From a bacterium (GTDB taxonomy: Bacteria > Patescibacteriota > Minisyncoccia > UBA6257 > 02-FULL-45-10c): 64,000 nucleotides of DNA. The stretch covers positions 240,361 through 304,360 of the forward strand of contig JAJYMK010000003.1 in assembly GCA_021786945.1 (NCBI GenBank), given 5' to 3'. The notes beneath the pieces were generated by a model. It was not told where the DNA came from, made no database searches, and saw only the letters and a list, made by a program, of their open reading frames with translations. The position numbers were made by a program, and so were the translations under genes. The first letter of the stretch is position 1. Each line of letters starts with the position of its first letter. Below are positions 49,983 through 59,568 of the stretch, in pieces.

Positions 49983-51185
49983 TTAACTATAAAGCTTAAT
50001 AAGTTCATCGAACTTAACAATTCTTTCACGTACCGGGGCACCTATTTTTACCGCATCCACGTTTCCGGCCTTAGCTAAATGAATTATAAAAACATCCTCA
50101 GTTTCACCGGAACGATGAGAAACAATTGTTTTTAATCCGTTTTCTTGAGCAACTCTTATAGCCGAACAAGTTTCCGAAACAGTACCAATCTGATTGGGTT
50201 TTATGATAACAGCGCTGATCAATTTTTCTTTGGCAAATTTTTCAATAAATTCAGGATTAGTTACGGTAAGATCGTCTCCTACAATCCATTTGTCTGGGCA
50301 TTTAGCATTAAAATTCTTAAAACCAGACATATCCTCTTCATCAAAAGGATCTTCAATAGACATCAACAAACTGGAATTTACTAAATAATCCAGAAGAATT
50401 TGATTTAATTTCTGGGAAGAAATTTGATTTCCTCCAAAATTATATTTATCGTCTTTATAAAAATTTGAAGCCGCAACATCAAGGGCTAAAGAAAAAATAT
50501 CCTTGAATCCACCCGAAACTATCATGCTTTCCAATATTTTTACCGGCTCAAAATTATTTTCAAAATTTATTGCATATCCCCCCTCATCGCCAATAATCAA
50601 CTTATCCAATTTATATTTCGACTGTAAAAATTTACCCAATTCCTTATAAAAATCAATTAAAATCTTAATCGAAGCCGCATAATCCTGATCTTTTGAATCT
50701 ACTACAACCATATATTCCTGGATATCCAGATTATTTCCGGCATGAGCTCCGCCGTTTATGAGATTAGAAAAAATAAGCGGCCTCTTTTCAGAAATAAGAC
50801 CACCCCAAAATTCTTCCTTCAAAATTTGCCACAATTCTTTATTTTCTTTATGTGCTAAACCACGGGCAAAAGCTATAGAAACTCCCAGCATCAAATTGCC
50901 GCCTAGATTTTGTTTATTCAAGGTTCCATCCAAACGAATCAAAAAATTATCCAAATCCTTTATAGAGGAAAAATTCTTATGGATCAATTCTTTTTTCAGA
51001 ACCAGATCAACAACTTTTTTGGCTTCCGGAAAACTCAAAACAGTTGCTTCTTTTTTGCCCCGGCTTTTTCCCGATGGTATTTCTGCCGAAAAAGAATTTA
51101 ATTTTTCATCCAAAACTTCAACTTCTAAAGTTGACTCTCCCCTAGAATCAAATATTTCGTGGATTTTGATGTCTTCTAAAATCAT
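49983..51185 (-). CDS. eno: Enolase (phosphopyruvate hydratase), divergent
   Basis: SRGESTLEVEV sits near the N-terminus. The C-terminal block IKPNQIGTVSET ... SHRSGETED is colinear with enolase. 400 aa. Confidence 0.8.
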   Translation of the reverse strand: MILEDIKIHEIFDSRGESTLEVEVLDEKLNSFSAEIPSGKSRGKKEATVLSFPEAKKVVDLVLKKELIHKNFSSIKDLDNFLIRLDGTLNKQNLGGNLMLGVSIAFARGLAHKENKELWQILKEEFWGGLISEKRPLIFSNLINGGAHAGNNLDIQEYMVVVDSKDQDYAASIKILIDFYKELGKFLQSKYKLDKLIIGDEGGYAINFENNFEPVKILESMIVSGGFKDIFSLALDVAASNFYKDDKYNFGGNQISSQKLNQILLDYLVNSSLLMSIEDPFDEEDMSGFKNFNAKCPDKWIVGDDLTVTNPEFIEKFAKEKLISAVIIKPNQIGTVSETCSAIRVAQENGLKTIVSHRSGETEDVFIIHLAKAGNVDAVKIGAPVRERIVKFDELIKLYS

Positions 51186-51197
51186 AAATTTATAAAA

Positions 51198-52211
51198 TTA
51201 TTCAACTGCAATAAATTGTCCGCCGGATTCAAAACCTTTTATATTTTCCATAGTTGTATTTAAAATTCTTTGCAAAGCTTCTTCAGTATTGAAAGCATTG
51301 TGAGGGGTTAAAAGGACATTCGGCATTTCCATTAAAATATGGTCATAAAGCATATTTTTTACGACCTCTTCTTTTGGCCTTGTTTTCATAAGATAATTCA
51401 ATTCATCTTTCACTTCGCCTTCATCTTCCAGAACATCAGCTGCATATCCGCCCAAAATACCCTTCTTTAAAGCCACGATTAAAGCCTCGGTCTGAACTAT
51501 TGCCCCTCTGGCAGTATTCACCAAAAATGCACCTTTTTTAATAAACTGAAAGTTGTTTTCGTTTATAAGATGATGGGTGCTTGGGTTATAAACCGTATGA
51601 ATAGTAATCACATCGGAATTTTTCAATAAATCCTCTAAAGACACGTATTGGAAACCTAGCTCGGAAGCCGCCTTTACATCCTGATAAGCATCAAAGGCAA
51701 TTACATTCATCCCGAAACCTTTGGCTATTTTAATCGATTCTCTTCCTATTCTGCCCGTACCTATAACTCCCAAAGTTCTTCCTTTTATATCAATTCCCCT
51801 CATTCCCTCCAAAGAAAAACTTCCATTTTCTTTTATTTGATCAATGGACTGATAGAGTTTTCTGGTTAAATTCAAAATCAGACCAAAGGCATATTCAGCT
51901 ACGGTATTCATTCCGTAATTTGGCACATAGCCAATTTTTATTCCTCTTTCCTTGCAATATGCAATATCTATATGATCAAAACCAGTAGAACGCGTAGCGA
52001 TAAATTTTAAATCCGGAAATTGACTTAAAACTTCTTTATTTAAAATAGAGTTAACAAATACAGAAATAACTTCAAAATCTTTTTGAAGCGGAATATTTAA
52101 TGGCTCCAATTTGTCCTTACTGAAAAATAATTGATCTTTTATAAAATTATCCTGAAGAGTTTTATTTTCCCATCCCTCCAATTCAAAAAATCCTATTTTC
52201 ATCCCGCACAT
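51198..52211 (-). CDS. D-isomer-specific 2-hydroxyacid dehydrogenase (D-lactate dehydrogenase-like)
   Basis: The NAD-binding motif is GVIGTGRIGRESIKIAKGFGMNVIAFD. The catalytic R/E/H triad region is present. 337 aa. The start may instead be the second ATG at 52200-52202. Confidence 0.75.
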   Translation of the reverse strand: MCGMKIGFFELEGWENKTLQDNFIKDQLFFSKDKLEPLNIPLQKDFEVISVFVNSILNKEVLSQFPDLKFIATRSTGFDHIDIAYCKERGIKIGYVPNYGMNTVAEYAFGLILNLTRKLYQSIDQIKENGSFSLEGMRGIDIKGRTLGVIGTGRIGRESIKIAKGFGMNVIAFDAYQDVKAASELGFQYVSLEDLLKNSDVITIHTVYNPSTHHLINENNFQFIKKGAFLVNTARGAIVQTEALIVALKKGILGGYAADVLEDEGEVKDELNYLMKTRPKEEVVKNMLYDHILMEMPNVLLTPHNAFNTEEALQRILNTTMENIKGFESGGQFIAVE

Positions 52212-52332
52212 AACAAAGATTCGAAAGCAAAGCTTTCTTAGTCATTGTTTTTATTAATTATTATTTTAAACGACTTTATTTTTTATTTTGAATCTACACA
52301 TACAGATTAGTTATCTTTGTTATGTGCGGGAT
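52201..52332. repeat. 20-bp perfect inverted repeat pair flanking a 92-bp AT-rich spacer (MITE-like or regulatory hairpin)
   Basis: atcccgcacataacaaagat (52201-52220) is the exact reverse complement of atctttgttatgtgcgggat (52313-52332). The first arm overlaps the first ATG of the dehydrogenase gene. The spacer holds an internal 6-bp hairpin (gaaagc aaa gctttc). Confidence 0.6.
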
Positions 52333-52414
52333 TCATAAATTTATAATAAATTATTGCTAATATTTTTATTATAACAAAAATTCCCCCATTCTGTTATGAA
52401 TGAGGGAATTATTT

Positions 52415-52765
52415 TTATACCCATCCCAGCTTCCTACATCTCTTACAGGCATCTTTCTTTAATGATCTTTTTTTCGCCAGAGAAAAAAGAGTTTTTACGG
52501 AAATTTTTAGCTCTTTTTTCGCATCAAGATAGAGCCAATTACCCACTCCATCCACTATCGCGGCGCAAAGCACTTTTCTTTTTCCGCGGAAACCTATATA
52601 GGCTCCGCCGAATCTCCTGCCTATGCAAGGTTTGGAATGAGCCACCATGTAAGCATTTTTCAGGCGCTGCTCTTCCAGATGCTCATTCACATCCCCTTCT
52701 ACTTTATGCCAGACGAGCATACCGTCTTTTGTGAGTTTTATTACCCAATCAACGATTTCCTTCAT
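52415..52765 (-). CDS. Hypothetical protein (116 aa), GC-elevated
   Basis: A strong SD (ggaggtgag) directly precedes the ATG. It ends in a Cys-containing basic tail (CKRCRKLGW). I recognise no domain. Confidence 0.4.
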   Translation of the reverse strand: MKEIVDWVIKLTKDGMLVWHKVEGDVNEHLEEQRLKNAYMVAHSKPCIGRRFGGAYIGFRGKRKVLCAAIVDGVGNWLYLDAKKELKISVKTLFSLAKKRSLKKDACKRCRKLGWV

Positions 52766-52795
52766 CTCACCTCCTATTATCGAAATAATGCCGGA

Positions 52796-52948
52796 TTAGT
52801 AAAACTTCTTCGCCCTTGCTGCTTCCCGGCAAGCTTTAACGCCGAGCATGCTCAGCTGAATCCTGAGTCTTTCCAGCTCTTTATTTTGGCGCCGCAATTC
52901 TTCATCCTGCTTTTTTATTTTCCTCTCAAGCTCTTTTTTTGTAGCCAT
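52796..52948 (-). CDS. Hypothetical small coiled-coil protein (50 aa), not in the ORF track
   Basis: An SD (aaggag) lies 6 nt upstream of the ATG. The translation is MATKKELERKIKKQDEELRRQNKELERLRIQLSMLGVKACREAARAKKFY. It is co-oriented with and 30 nt upstream of the 116-aa gene. Confidence 0.4.
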   Translation of the reverse strand: MATKKELERKIKKQDEELRRQNKELERLRIQLSMLGVKACREAARAKKFY

Positions 52949-53043
52949 CTATTTCTCCTTTATTGATTACCGAAATTATTTAAATGTAAAAGAACACTTT
53001 TTTGATTTAAAAAGCTTATCAAGTTTGTATAAAAAACACAAGA

Positions 53044-54537
53044 TTATTTCTGACCGTTATAAATAGCCAACGCCTCATCAGCTGTAAGAGCGCGGTTATA
53101 AACAGCTACTTCGTCAATTTTTCCGCCATAAGGCTGATTTAATGCTCCGCCAATACTATCCCTTTTAGCTCCAACTTGCTGAGGGTAACTTCCAAGATTA
53201 GAACATAGTCCCGCTGTTCCAAAAGAACCGGTTTTATCTAATTGTCCATTGATATAAATATTTGCCACGCCAGTAGTTTTATCGTACGTAACTAAAATAT
53301 GAGTCCATGTATTTAAACTAATCGTTGTTACCGACCAAATATTTGGAGTATTTGAGCAGTCGGTAGAAACCATCCAATTTACTTCTGAAGTATAGGGAGA
53401 CATTACTTCTGGAGAAGCAAGAACTAACTGGTATTGTCTAGCAGTAATACCGCTCCAATACCACCTAGAAGCCAAGGCATCCCACCAACCATCCATAGGC
53501 AAAGTTGTTCTATATACCCACAAAGAAATTGAAATTGAAGATGCAGCTAAAGAAGGCAGGGGCTGATCAACTGCAGAAATAAGACTTGAATCAAAATTCA
53601 AAGCTCCATTTACTTTTCCTGAAGTCCAAGACGCGCCATTATATAAAGTTCCTGTATAGCCATTTCCGCTAGAATCAGATGCGGATGTTCCGCTGCCATC
53701 ATCAAACTTCCAATAACCGACAAGTCCGCTCGTCGGAATCTGATAAGTACAAGCACTGGTATTGAAGCTCAGACAATCGGCATTGCATGAAAGAGTTCCG
53801 GTGTATCCGACACCTAGCTGAGTGGCGCAGGTCTGGGAATTGAGGTCGGTACCGTCACAGGTTTCTCCGGTCTCTTTGAGGTTGTTGCCGCAAGTGGCTC
53901 CGGCTATACCTCCTCCAAGATTCGCATTCAACGTCAAATCATTTCCGAGTTCAAATCTAGTACTGGATTGTCCTCCATCGGATACGGCATTAGCGGCAAG
54001 GTATTTGTCGGATTCCATGGTAGCAGAAAGAGCCCAGGAACCGTGGATATAGGTATAGTAATAACCATTGGTAGCGGCAGCGGATAGATCGGATGCCTGA
54101 ATGGGATCTATGGGAAGATTTGAGAATAAAGTTCCGGCTTGTCCTTGTATAGAACTTAGATCTACAGGTATCCAGCCTGTACCGTCTATATTTCTGTAGT
54201 TGGCAGAGGTGGAGCAATGATAGTTCCAGCCTGTGGTGGTGGCTGTAAGTTGGCCGTAGTAGGAACCGCATTGGGAATCTGTATCCGGAAGAGAGATATA
54301 TATCGTATTACTATTACCCATAGCCGTGCTGGATCCTCCGAAAGACTGGAAGAACAACAAAGCTTGGTTTATCTGATTTATTTCTGTGATTCTATTGGCA
54401 TCTCTGGATTGCTTAACTAACTGAGCTGGGTTTATGACTAAGAGAACTGTTGTTGCTAAGACTGCTAATATACCTATGACTATCAGGAGTTCTATGAGGG
54501 TGAAGGCTTTTCTATTTTTATTCCAATTATTTAGCAT
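53044..54537 (-). CDS. Type IV pilin-like protein with C-terminal LamG/concanavalin A-like lectin domain
   Basis: The N-terminal 205 aa are about 90% identical to the pilin at 38262-39491. The C-terminal ~240 aa look like a LamG-like jelly-roll (LVGYWKFDDGSGTSASDSSGNGYTGTLYNGASWTSGKVNGALNFD ...). 497 aa. Confidence 0.75.
   Translation of the reverse strand: MLNNWNKNRKAFTLIELLIVIGILAVLATTVLLVINPAQLVKQSRDANRITEINQINQALLFFQSFGGSSTAMGNSNTIYISLPDTDSQCGSYYGQLTATTTGWNYHCSTSANYRNIDGTGWIPVDLSSIQGQAGTLFSNLPIDPIQASDLSAAATNGYYYTYIHGSWALSATMESDKYLAANAVSDGGQSSTRFELGNDLTLNANLGGGIAGATCGNNLKETGETCDGTDLNSQTCATQLGVGYTGTLSCNADCLSFNTSACTYQIPTSGLVGYWKFDDGSGTSASDSSGNGYTGTLYNGASWTSGKVNGALNFDSSLISAVDQPLPSLAASSISISLWVYRTTLPMDGWWDALASRWYWSGITARQYQLVLASPEVMSPYTSEVNWMVSTDCSNTPNIWSVTTISLNTWTHILVTYDKTTGVANIYINGQLDKTGSFGTAGLCSNLGSYPQQVGAKRDSIGGALNQPYGGKIDEVAVYNRALTADEALAIYNGQK
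53923..54537. repeat. Dispersed repeat copy B: conserved pilin N-terminal module
   Basis: About 88% DNA identity to 38877-39491, in the same orientation, 14.4 kb apart. Confidence 0.8.
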
Positions 54538-54556
54538 AGTGCAATCTAAAACAAAC

Positions 54557-56965
54557 TTATTTTTCTTTGTCTGCTATCTTTATAATATTTTTTATAACAG
54601 TATCGGGATTTAAAGAAATGCTTTCTATTCCTCTTTCCACTAAAAATTCGGCGAATTCAGGATAGTCGCTTGGTGCCTGTCCGCAAATTCCAATATATTT
54701 TCCCTTTGCGGTACACTTAGAAATAATTTCAGCAATCATTTTTTTAACCGCTTCATTATTTTCATTGGCTATATGCGTAACTATGCCGGAATCCCTATCC
54801 AAACCCAAAACTAATTGAGTTAAATCGTTTGAACCGATAGACATTCCATCGAAAATATTCAAAAATTCATCAGCCAAAAGCACATTGGAAGGAATTTCGC
54901 ACATCACATAAATTTTCAGATCTTTATCCTTTGCCCTATCCAAACCATTCTCTTTCATTACGGCCACGCATTGTTCGGCTTCATGCGGAGTTCTACAAAA
55001 CGGAATCATCGGAACAACATTGTTTAGGCCCATAGTTTCTCTGACTTTCTTTAATGCCTTACATTCCAATCCAAAAGCTTGTTTAAATTTAGGGTCATAA
55101 TATCTTGATGCTCCTCTCCAACCAATCATTGGATTTTCTTCATGCGGCTCATACAAATTACCACCAAGAAGCTTGCTATATTCATTGGTTTTAAAATCAG
55201 AAAATCTAATAATCACCTTATTCGGCCAAAAAGCGGCTCCAATTTTAGCAATACCCTCAGCCAATTCGTCTACATAAAATCCGGTTTTAGTTTCGTACCC
55301 AGCCGTTAATTTTTCGATTTCTTTAACAACTTTTTTTATCTCAGCGCGTTTATCGTTTTTGAGCTTTTCAAAATTAATTAAAGCATTCGGGTGTACTTTA
55401 ATATGTGAAGCAATTATAAATTCTAGTCTTCCCAAACCAACTCCGGAAACAGGAAGAAAGCTATTTTTAAAAGCTTCGTCCGGTGAACCAATATTTACCA
55501 TTACCTTGGTTTTTGTTTTTGGAATCTGATCAAGCTTGTGTTCTTCTATTTCAAAATTTATTTTCCCTTCATAAACTTTTCCAACCTCACTGGAAGCACA
55601 GTCAACCGTCACCTCCATTCCATTTTTTAAAACTTTAGTAGCCTTCTCCGATCCAACAATGCAAGGAATACCTAATTCACGTGAAACGATTGCGGCATGA
55701 CTCGTACGGCCACCTTCATCGGTAACAATAGCTGAAGCAATTTTCATGATTGGTTCCCAATCCGGATCCGTCATTTTAGTAACCAAAACTTCACCTTTGG
55801 CAAATTGAGTAATATTTTTTGCATCTTTAATAACTTTCACCTTTCCAAATCCAATTTTTTTACCAACAGCAATACCCGTCAATATAGTTTTTCCGGGTTT
55901 TTTTAATCTGAATTCCTGATAAATATTTTGGGGTTTTGAAGAATAAACAGTTTCTGGTCTGGCCTGAACTATAAACAATTCGTTGGTTAAGCCGTCTTTG
56001 GCCCACTCGATATCCATGGCCTGATACTTTCCCTTTTTCTCGGAAAAATGTTTTTCAATTTTTATAGCCCAATCGGCAAATTTCAAAACCTCTTCATTGG
56101 TCAAGGAAAATCTATTCATATCTTTTTTATCGACACCAACAACTCTAGTTCCTTTTTTGTCATAAATCATTTTCTTATCCTTCACACCAAGATTTTGCTC
56201 AATTATAGATTTAAATCCTTTTTCAAAAGTCGGTTTAAAAACTACAAATTCGTCAGGAATTACCCTTCCCTGTACAATCATTTCTCCCAAACCATAAATA
56301 CTGTTTATAACAACTACTTTATTGAATCCTGATTCGGTATCCAGTGTAAACATAACTCCGCTTGCAGCTTTATCGGAACGTACCATTTTCTGAACTCCGA
56401 CTGATAACGCCGTATCAAAATGAGAAAAACCTTTATCATGCCTATAAGAAATAGCCCTGTCAGTAAAAAGCGAGGCTATACATTTCTTGGCAGATTCCAA
56501 AAGCATTTTATCTCCCGAAACATTAAGATATGTTTCTTGCTGGCCAGCAAAAGAAGCATCGGGTAAGTCCTCCGCTGTAGCAGAAGAACGGACTGCTACA
56601 TCAACTCCTTTTCCGTACATTTTTTCCAATTTATGATAATTGGATACTATAATTTCACGTAAATCTTCCGGAAATTCTGCCGCAACAATAGCTTTTCTGC
56701 ACAAAGCACCTCTTTTTTGTAAATTTTTTATATTATGAGTATCAAGATCAGATAAAATTTCTCTGATTTTTTTGTCTAATCCGGTTTTTTCAAAAAAATA
56801 TCTGTAAGCTGCGGCAGTTAAAGCAAAACCATTTGGAATATTTATTCCTAATGAAGTTAGACTAGAAAACATTTCACCCAAAGCGGCATTTTTGCCACCA
56901 ACTAAAGAAACATCTTTTATTCCTACTTCTTTAAACCATAAAACCAATTCCTTACTTTTTTCCAT
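54557..56965 (-). CDS. ppsA: Phosphoenolpyruvate synthase (pyruvate, water dikinase)
   Basis: The N-terminus LVLWFKEVGIKDVSLVGGKNAALGEM is colinear with PpsA. A central phosphohistidine domain (GGRTSHAAIVSRELGIPCIVG) and a C-terminal PEP-utilising domain are present. 802 aa. Confidence 0.9.
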   Translation of the reverse strand: MEKSKELVLWFKEVGIKDVSLVGGKNAALGEMFSSLTSLGINIPNGFALTAAAYRYFFEKTGLDKKIREILSDLDTHNIKNLQKRGALCRKAIVAAEFPEDLREIIVSNYHKLEKMYGKGVDVAVRSSATAEDLPDASFAGQQETYLNVSGDKMLLESAKKCIASLFTDRAISYRHDKGFSHFDTALSVGVQKMVRSDKAASGVMFTLDTESGFNKVVVINSIYGLGEMIVQGRVIPDEFVVFKPTFEKGFKSIIEQNLGVKDKKMIYDKKGTRVVGVDKKDMNRFSLTNEEVLKFADWAIKIEKHFSEKKGKYQAMDIEWAKDGLTNELFIVQARPETVYSSKPQNIYQEFRLKKPGKTILTGIAVGKKIGFGKVKVIKDAKNITQFAKGEVLVTKMTDPDWEPIMKIASAIVTDEGGRTSHAAIVSRELGIPCIVGSEKATKVLKNGMEVTVDCASSEVGKVYEGKINFEIEEHKLDQIPKTKTKVMVNIGSPDEAFKNSFLPVSGVGLGRLEFIIASHIKVHPNALINFEKLKNDKRAEIKKVVKEIEKLTAGYETKTGFYVDELAEGIAKIGAAFWPNKVIIRFSDFKTNEYSKLLGGNLYEPHEENPMIGWRGASRYYDPKFKQAFGLECKALKKVRETMGLNNVVPMIPFCRTPHEAEQCVAVMKENGLDRAKDKDLKIYVMCEIPSNVLLADEFLNIFDGMSIGSNDLTQLVLGLDRDSGIVTHIANENNEAVKKMIAEIISKCTAKGKYIGICGQAPSDYPEFAEFLVERGIESISLNPDTVIKNIIKIADKEK

Positions 56966-56978
56966 AATATTTAAAAAA

Positions 56979-58262
56979 TTAATTATTAATTGCTATTACT
57001 ATATCCGCGACATTGGATCCGGTATCACCGGTTTTAATAAAATCACCCGTTTCCATAAAAAATTCAAAGGAATTATTGTCTTTAAGATATTTTTCTATAT
57101 CCAAATCTGATTTTTTTACCTTTTCTTTTGTAATTATATCACAGATACCACCCGCATTTTCTGAATTATCCCTGCCATCCGAGGCAACCGACGCAATAAT
57201 CTGATTATCTTTTATGTATCTAAGACCAGAAAGAGAAAGCTCCTGATTTCTTCCGCCCTTACCCCTACCCTTTATTTTTACGGTAGTTTCACCACCATAA
57301 AGAAGCACCGTTCCTTTTGATTCCAAAGATAATTCATCTATTATTTCTTTAGCGACAACTCGCGCCTCTCCTGATAAATTATTTTTGCAAATCCTTGGCG
57401 TATAATTTAATTCAAGGGCTTTCTCTGACATAGCATCCAGAGCAGTCTGGTTGGACACGAACAAAATATTTCTTACTCTTTCAAAATATTTATCGTCTTT
57501 TGGGGTCTCTATTAGGTTCAATGGCTTAGTTCCAAGTTTTTCATATATTTTATATTTTTCCAAAACTAATCTTGCCTCATCTAAAGTAGTGGTATCTTTT
57601 ACGGTTGGCCCAGAAGCTATAAATTCTAGATTATCACCAATAACATCGGAAAAAATTAAAGAAACGACTCTCGCCGGATATGCATATTTTGCCAAAAATC
57701 CGCCACGAGCCAAAGACAAATGCTTTCTAACCGTATTCATTTCATAAATGTTTGCTCCGGAATGAATTAACGCATCCACAACAGACGACTCTTCGAAACA
57801 AGTAAAACTTTTCGGCTGACAGAGAAGCGCCGAGCCGCCTCCGGAAATCACAAAAATAACCAAATCTTTTTCAGTAAGCCCAGAGAGCAATTCTATAATT
57901 TTTTTGGTAGCATCAACGTTTCTAGGAGACATCAAAGGATGGTCTCCGGTATATGTTTTTATTTTCTTAAGCTCCCCTTCATGGACGTCCAAAACAATTC
58001 CACCTGTTATTTTTTTTCCAAAAATTTTCTCCAATGCGGCGCCGGCTTCCAAAGAACACTTACCTATTCCGACGACTATAATTTTCTCAGCATTTTTCAA
58101 TGAAAATGAATGATTATAAATCAATAATTTTCCTTTTTCTATTTTTATTCCCCCGGAAATCGCTTTCTTGGTATCTATAGCTTCCAATCCGGCTTCAATT
58201 ATTTTAAGAAATTTTTCTCTTTCTTCTGAAGCCGCTATTTTTTTAAAATTCTTAATTTTCAT
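56979..58262 (-). CDS. Glycerate kinase, MOFRL family (glycerate 2-kinase-like)
   Basis: 427 aa with the DUF4147 plus MOFRL architecture pattern (GIGKCSLEAGAALE ... ISGGGSALL ... LLYGGETTVKIKGRGKGGRNQE). Confidence 0.7.
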   Translation of the reverse strand: MKIKNFKKIAASEEREKFLKIIEAGLEAIDTKKAISGGIKIEKGKLLIYNHSFSLKNAEKIIVVGIGKCSLEAGAALEKIFGKKITGGIVLDVHEGELKKIKTYTGDHPLMSPRNVDATKKIIELLSGLTEKDLVIFVISGGGSALLCQPKSFTCFEESSVVDALIHSGANIYEMNTVRKHLSLARGGFLAKYAYPARVVSLIFSDVIGDNLEFIASGPTVKDTTTLDEARLVLEKYKIYEKLGTKPLNLIETPKDDKYFERVRNILFVSNQTALDAMSEKALELNYTPRICKNNLSGEARVVAKEIIDELSLESKGTVLLYGGETTVKIKGRGKGGRNQELSLSGLRYIKDNQIIASVASDGRDNSENAGGICDIITKEKVKKSDLDIEKYLKDNNSFEFFMETGDFIKTGDTGSNVADIVIAINN

Positions 58263-58292
58263 TATCTAAATTATAACACGCAAATACCAAGT

Positions 58293-59531
58293 TTATTCAT
58301 ATCTAAGGGCCTCAATCGGACTCTTTTTGGCGGCCTGCCTAGCAGGATAAATTCCGAAAATTAAACCAACCATAGTAGAAACACCCAAACCCAGAACAAT
58401 GGCTAAAACCGGGAAAGAAAATGACCAGGCAAGATTAAAATAATTGGAAATTATCGTAGCAATAAGATAACCCAAAGATAATCCTGAAATGATACCAATA
58501 ACTCCTCCGACACTTGTTAAAATTGACGCTTCCAATAAAAAATGAATCAAAATATCCCTATCTGTTGCACCGAGGGCTTTCCTAAGACCAATCTCCCTTG
58601 TTCTTTCGGTTACAGACACCAACATAATATTCATAATTCCTATACCGCCAACCAATAAAGAAATTGCGGCAACAATAGTAATAAATAAAGTAAGAATAGT
58701 CATAACCGCTCCAACCTGCTGCATCGCCTGAGCCTGAGTGCCGGTACTAAAATCATCTTTTTCCGGATCGGTGATGCCGTGTAAATTTCTAAGGGTAATT
58801 TTTATATCGTTAACCGTTGAATCTACGTTTGCTTCGGAATCAGCCTCAACTAAAATGTGAATGAAATGTTTTATTCCGAAAACATATTGCTGTGCCGTAG
58901 TCCATGGAATCAAAGCTACATCGTCAAAATTAACAATTGAAACCTGTCCTTTTTTTGCCAATGTGCCGATTACTTTGAAATTTCTATTTTTAATCTTTAT
59001 TTTTTGACCAATGGCGTCTGATGCGCCAAAAAGCTGTTCTTTAACTTTAGAACCTATCACTACAACATCAGACTTGCTCTTTACATCTTCTTCGCTTATA
59101 CCCCGTCCCTTGTCGACATCAATATTATATAAACCGGTAAATCCTCCACCGATTCCATAAATAGTAACCGCATACGATTCACTTTCAAAAATAGCCTTAG
59201 CGCTTCCAAAAACCAATGGCTCAACCAATTGAGCATGCGGAAGATTCTCTTTATCCCTTAAAGCATTTAACTCTCTTTCTTTCAATGAATCACCAAGCAT
59301 TTGAAGAATGTCCGTGATACCCTTAGGCTCTCGTCCCGGCCGCACTTCAATAACTTTAGAACCCATTACCTGAATTTCACTTTTAATCAAATTTTGGGCA
59401 CCTTCACCCAAAGACATAACTAAAATAATGGCCGTGATTCCTATAACGATACCCAAAATTGTAAGAACAGAACGTGACTTATTGGTAAAAAGCGCCCGAG
59501 AGGCTGTTTTTAAAATATGGTTAAAGCGCAT
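58293..59531 (-). CDS. ABC transporter permease, MacB/FtsX type (paralog 2)
   Basis: N-terminal TM1, a ~220-aa extracytoplasmic domain, and a C-terminal FtsX 3-TM bundle. 412 aa. The last ~70 bp are near-identical to the upstream paralog. Confidence 0.8.
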   Translation of the reverse strand: MRFNHILKTASRALFTNKSRSVLTILGIVIGITAIILVMSLGEGAQNLIKSEIQVMGSKVIEVRPGREPKGITDILQMLGDSLKERELNALRDKENLPHAQLVEPLVFGSAKAIFESESYAVTIYGIGGGFTGLYNIDVDKGRGISEEDVKSKSDVVVIGSKVKEQLFGASDAIGQKIKIKNRNFKVIGTLAKKGQVSIVNFDDVALIPWTTAQQYVFGIKHFIHILVEADSEANVDSTVNDIKITLRNLHGITDPEKDDFSTGTQAQAMQQVGAVMTILTLFITIVAAISLLVGGIGIMNIMLVSVTERTREIGLRKALGATDRDILIHFLLEASILTSVGGVIGIISGLSLGYLIATIISNYFNLAWSFSFPVLAIVLGLGVSTMVGLIFGIYPARQAAKKSPIEALRYE

Positions 59532-59568
59532 TATTTTAATCTGATTTTATTAATTATAACATCCGGTT

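Noticed and set aside
52396-52734. Plus-strand 112-aa ORF overlapping the 116-aa minus-strand gene.
   Set aside because: It has no SD. The minus-strand gene has a strong SD and an operon partner. The plus-strand ORF is an antisense artefact of the GC-elevated segment.
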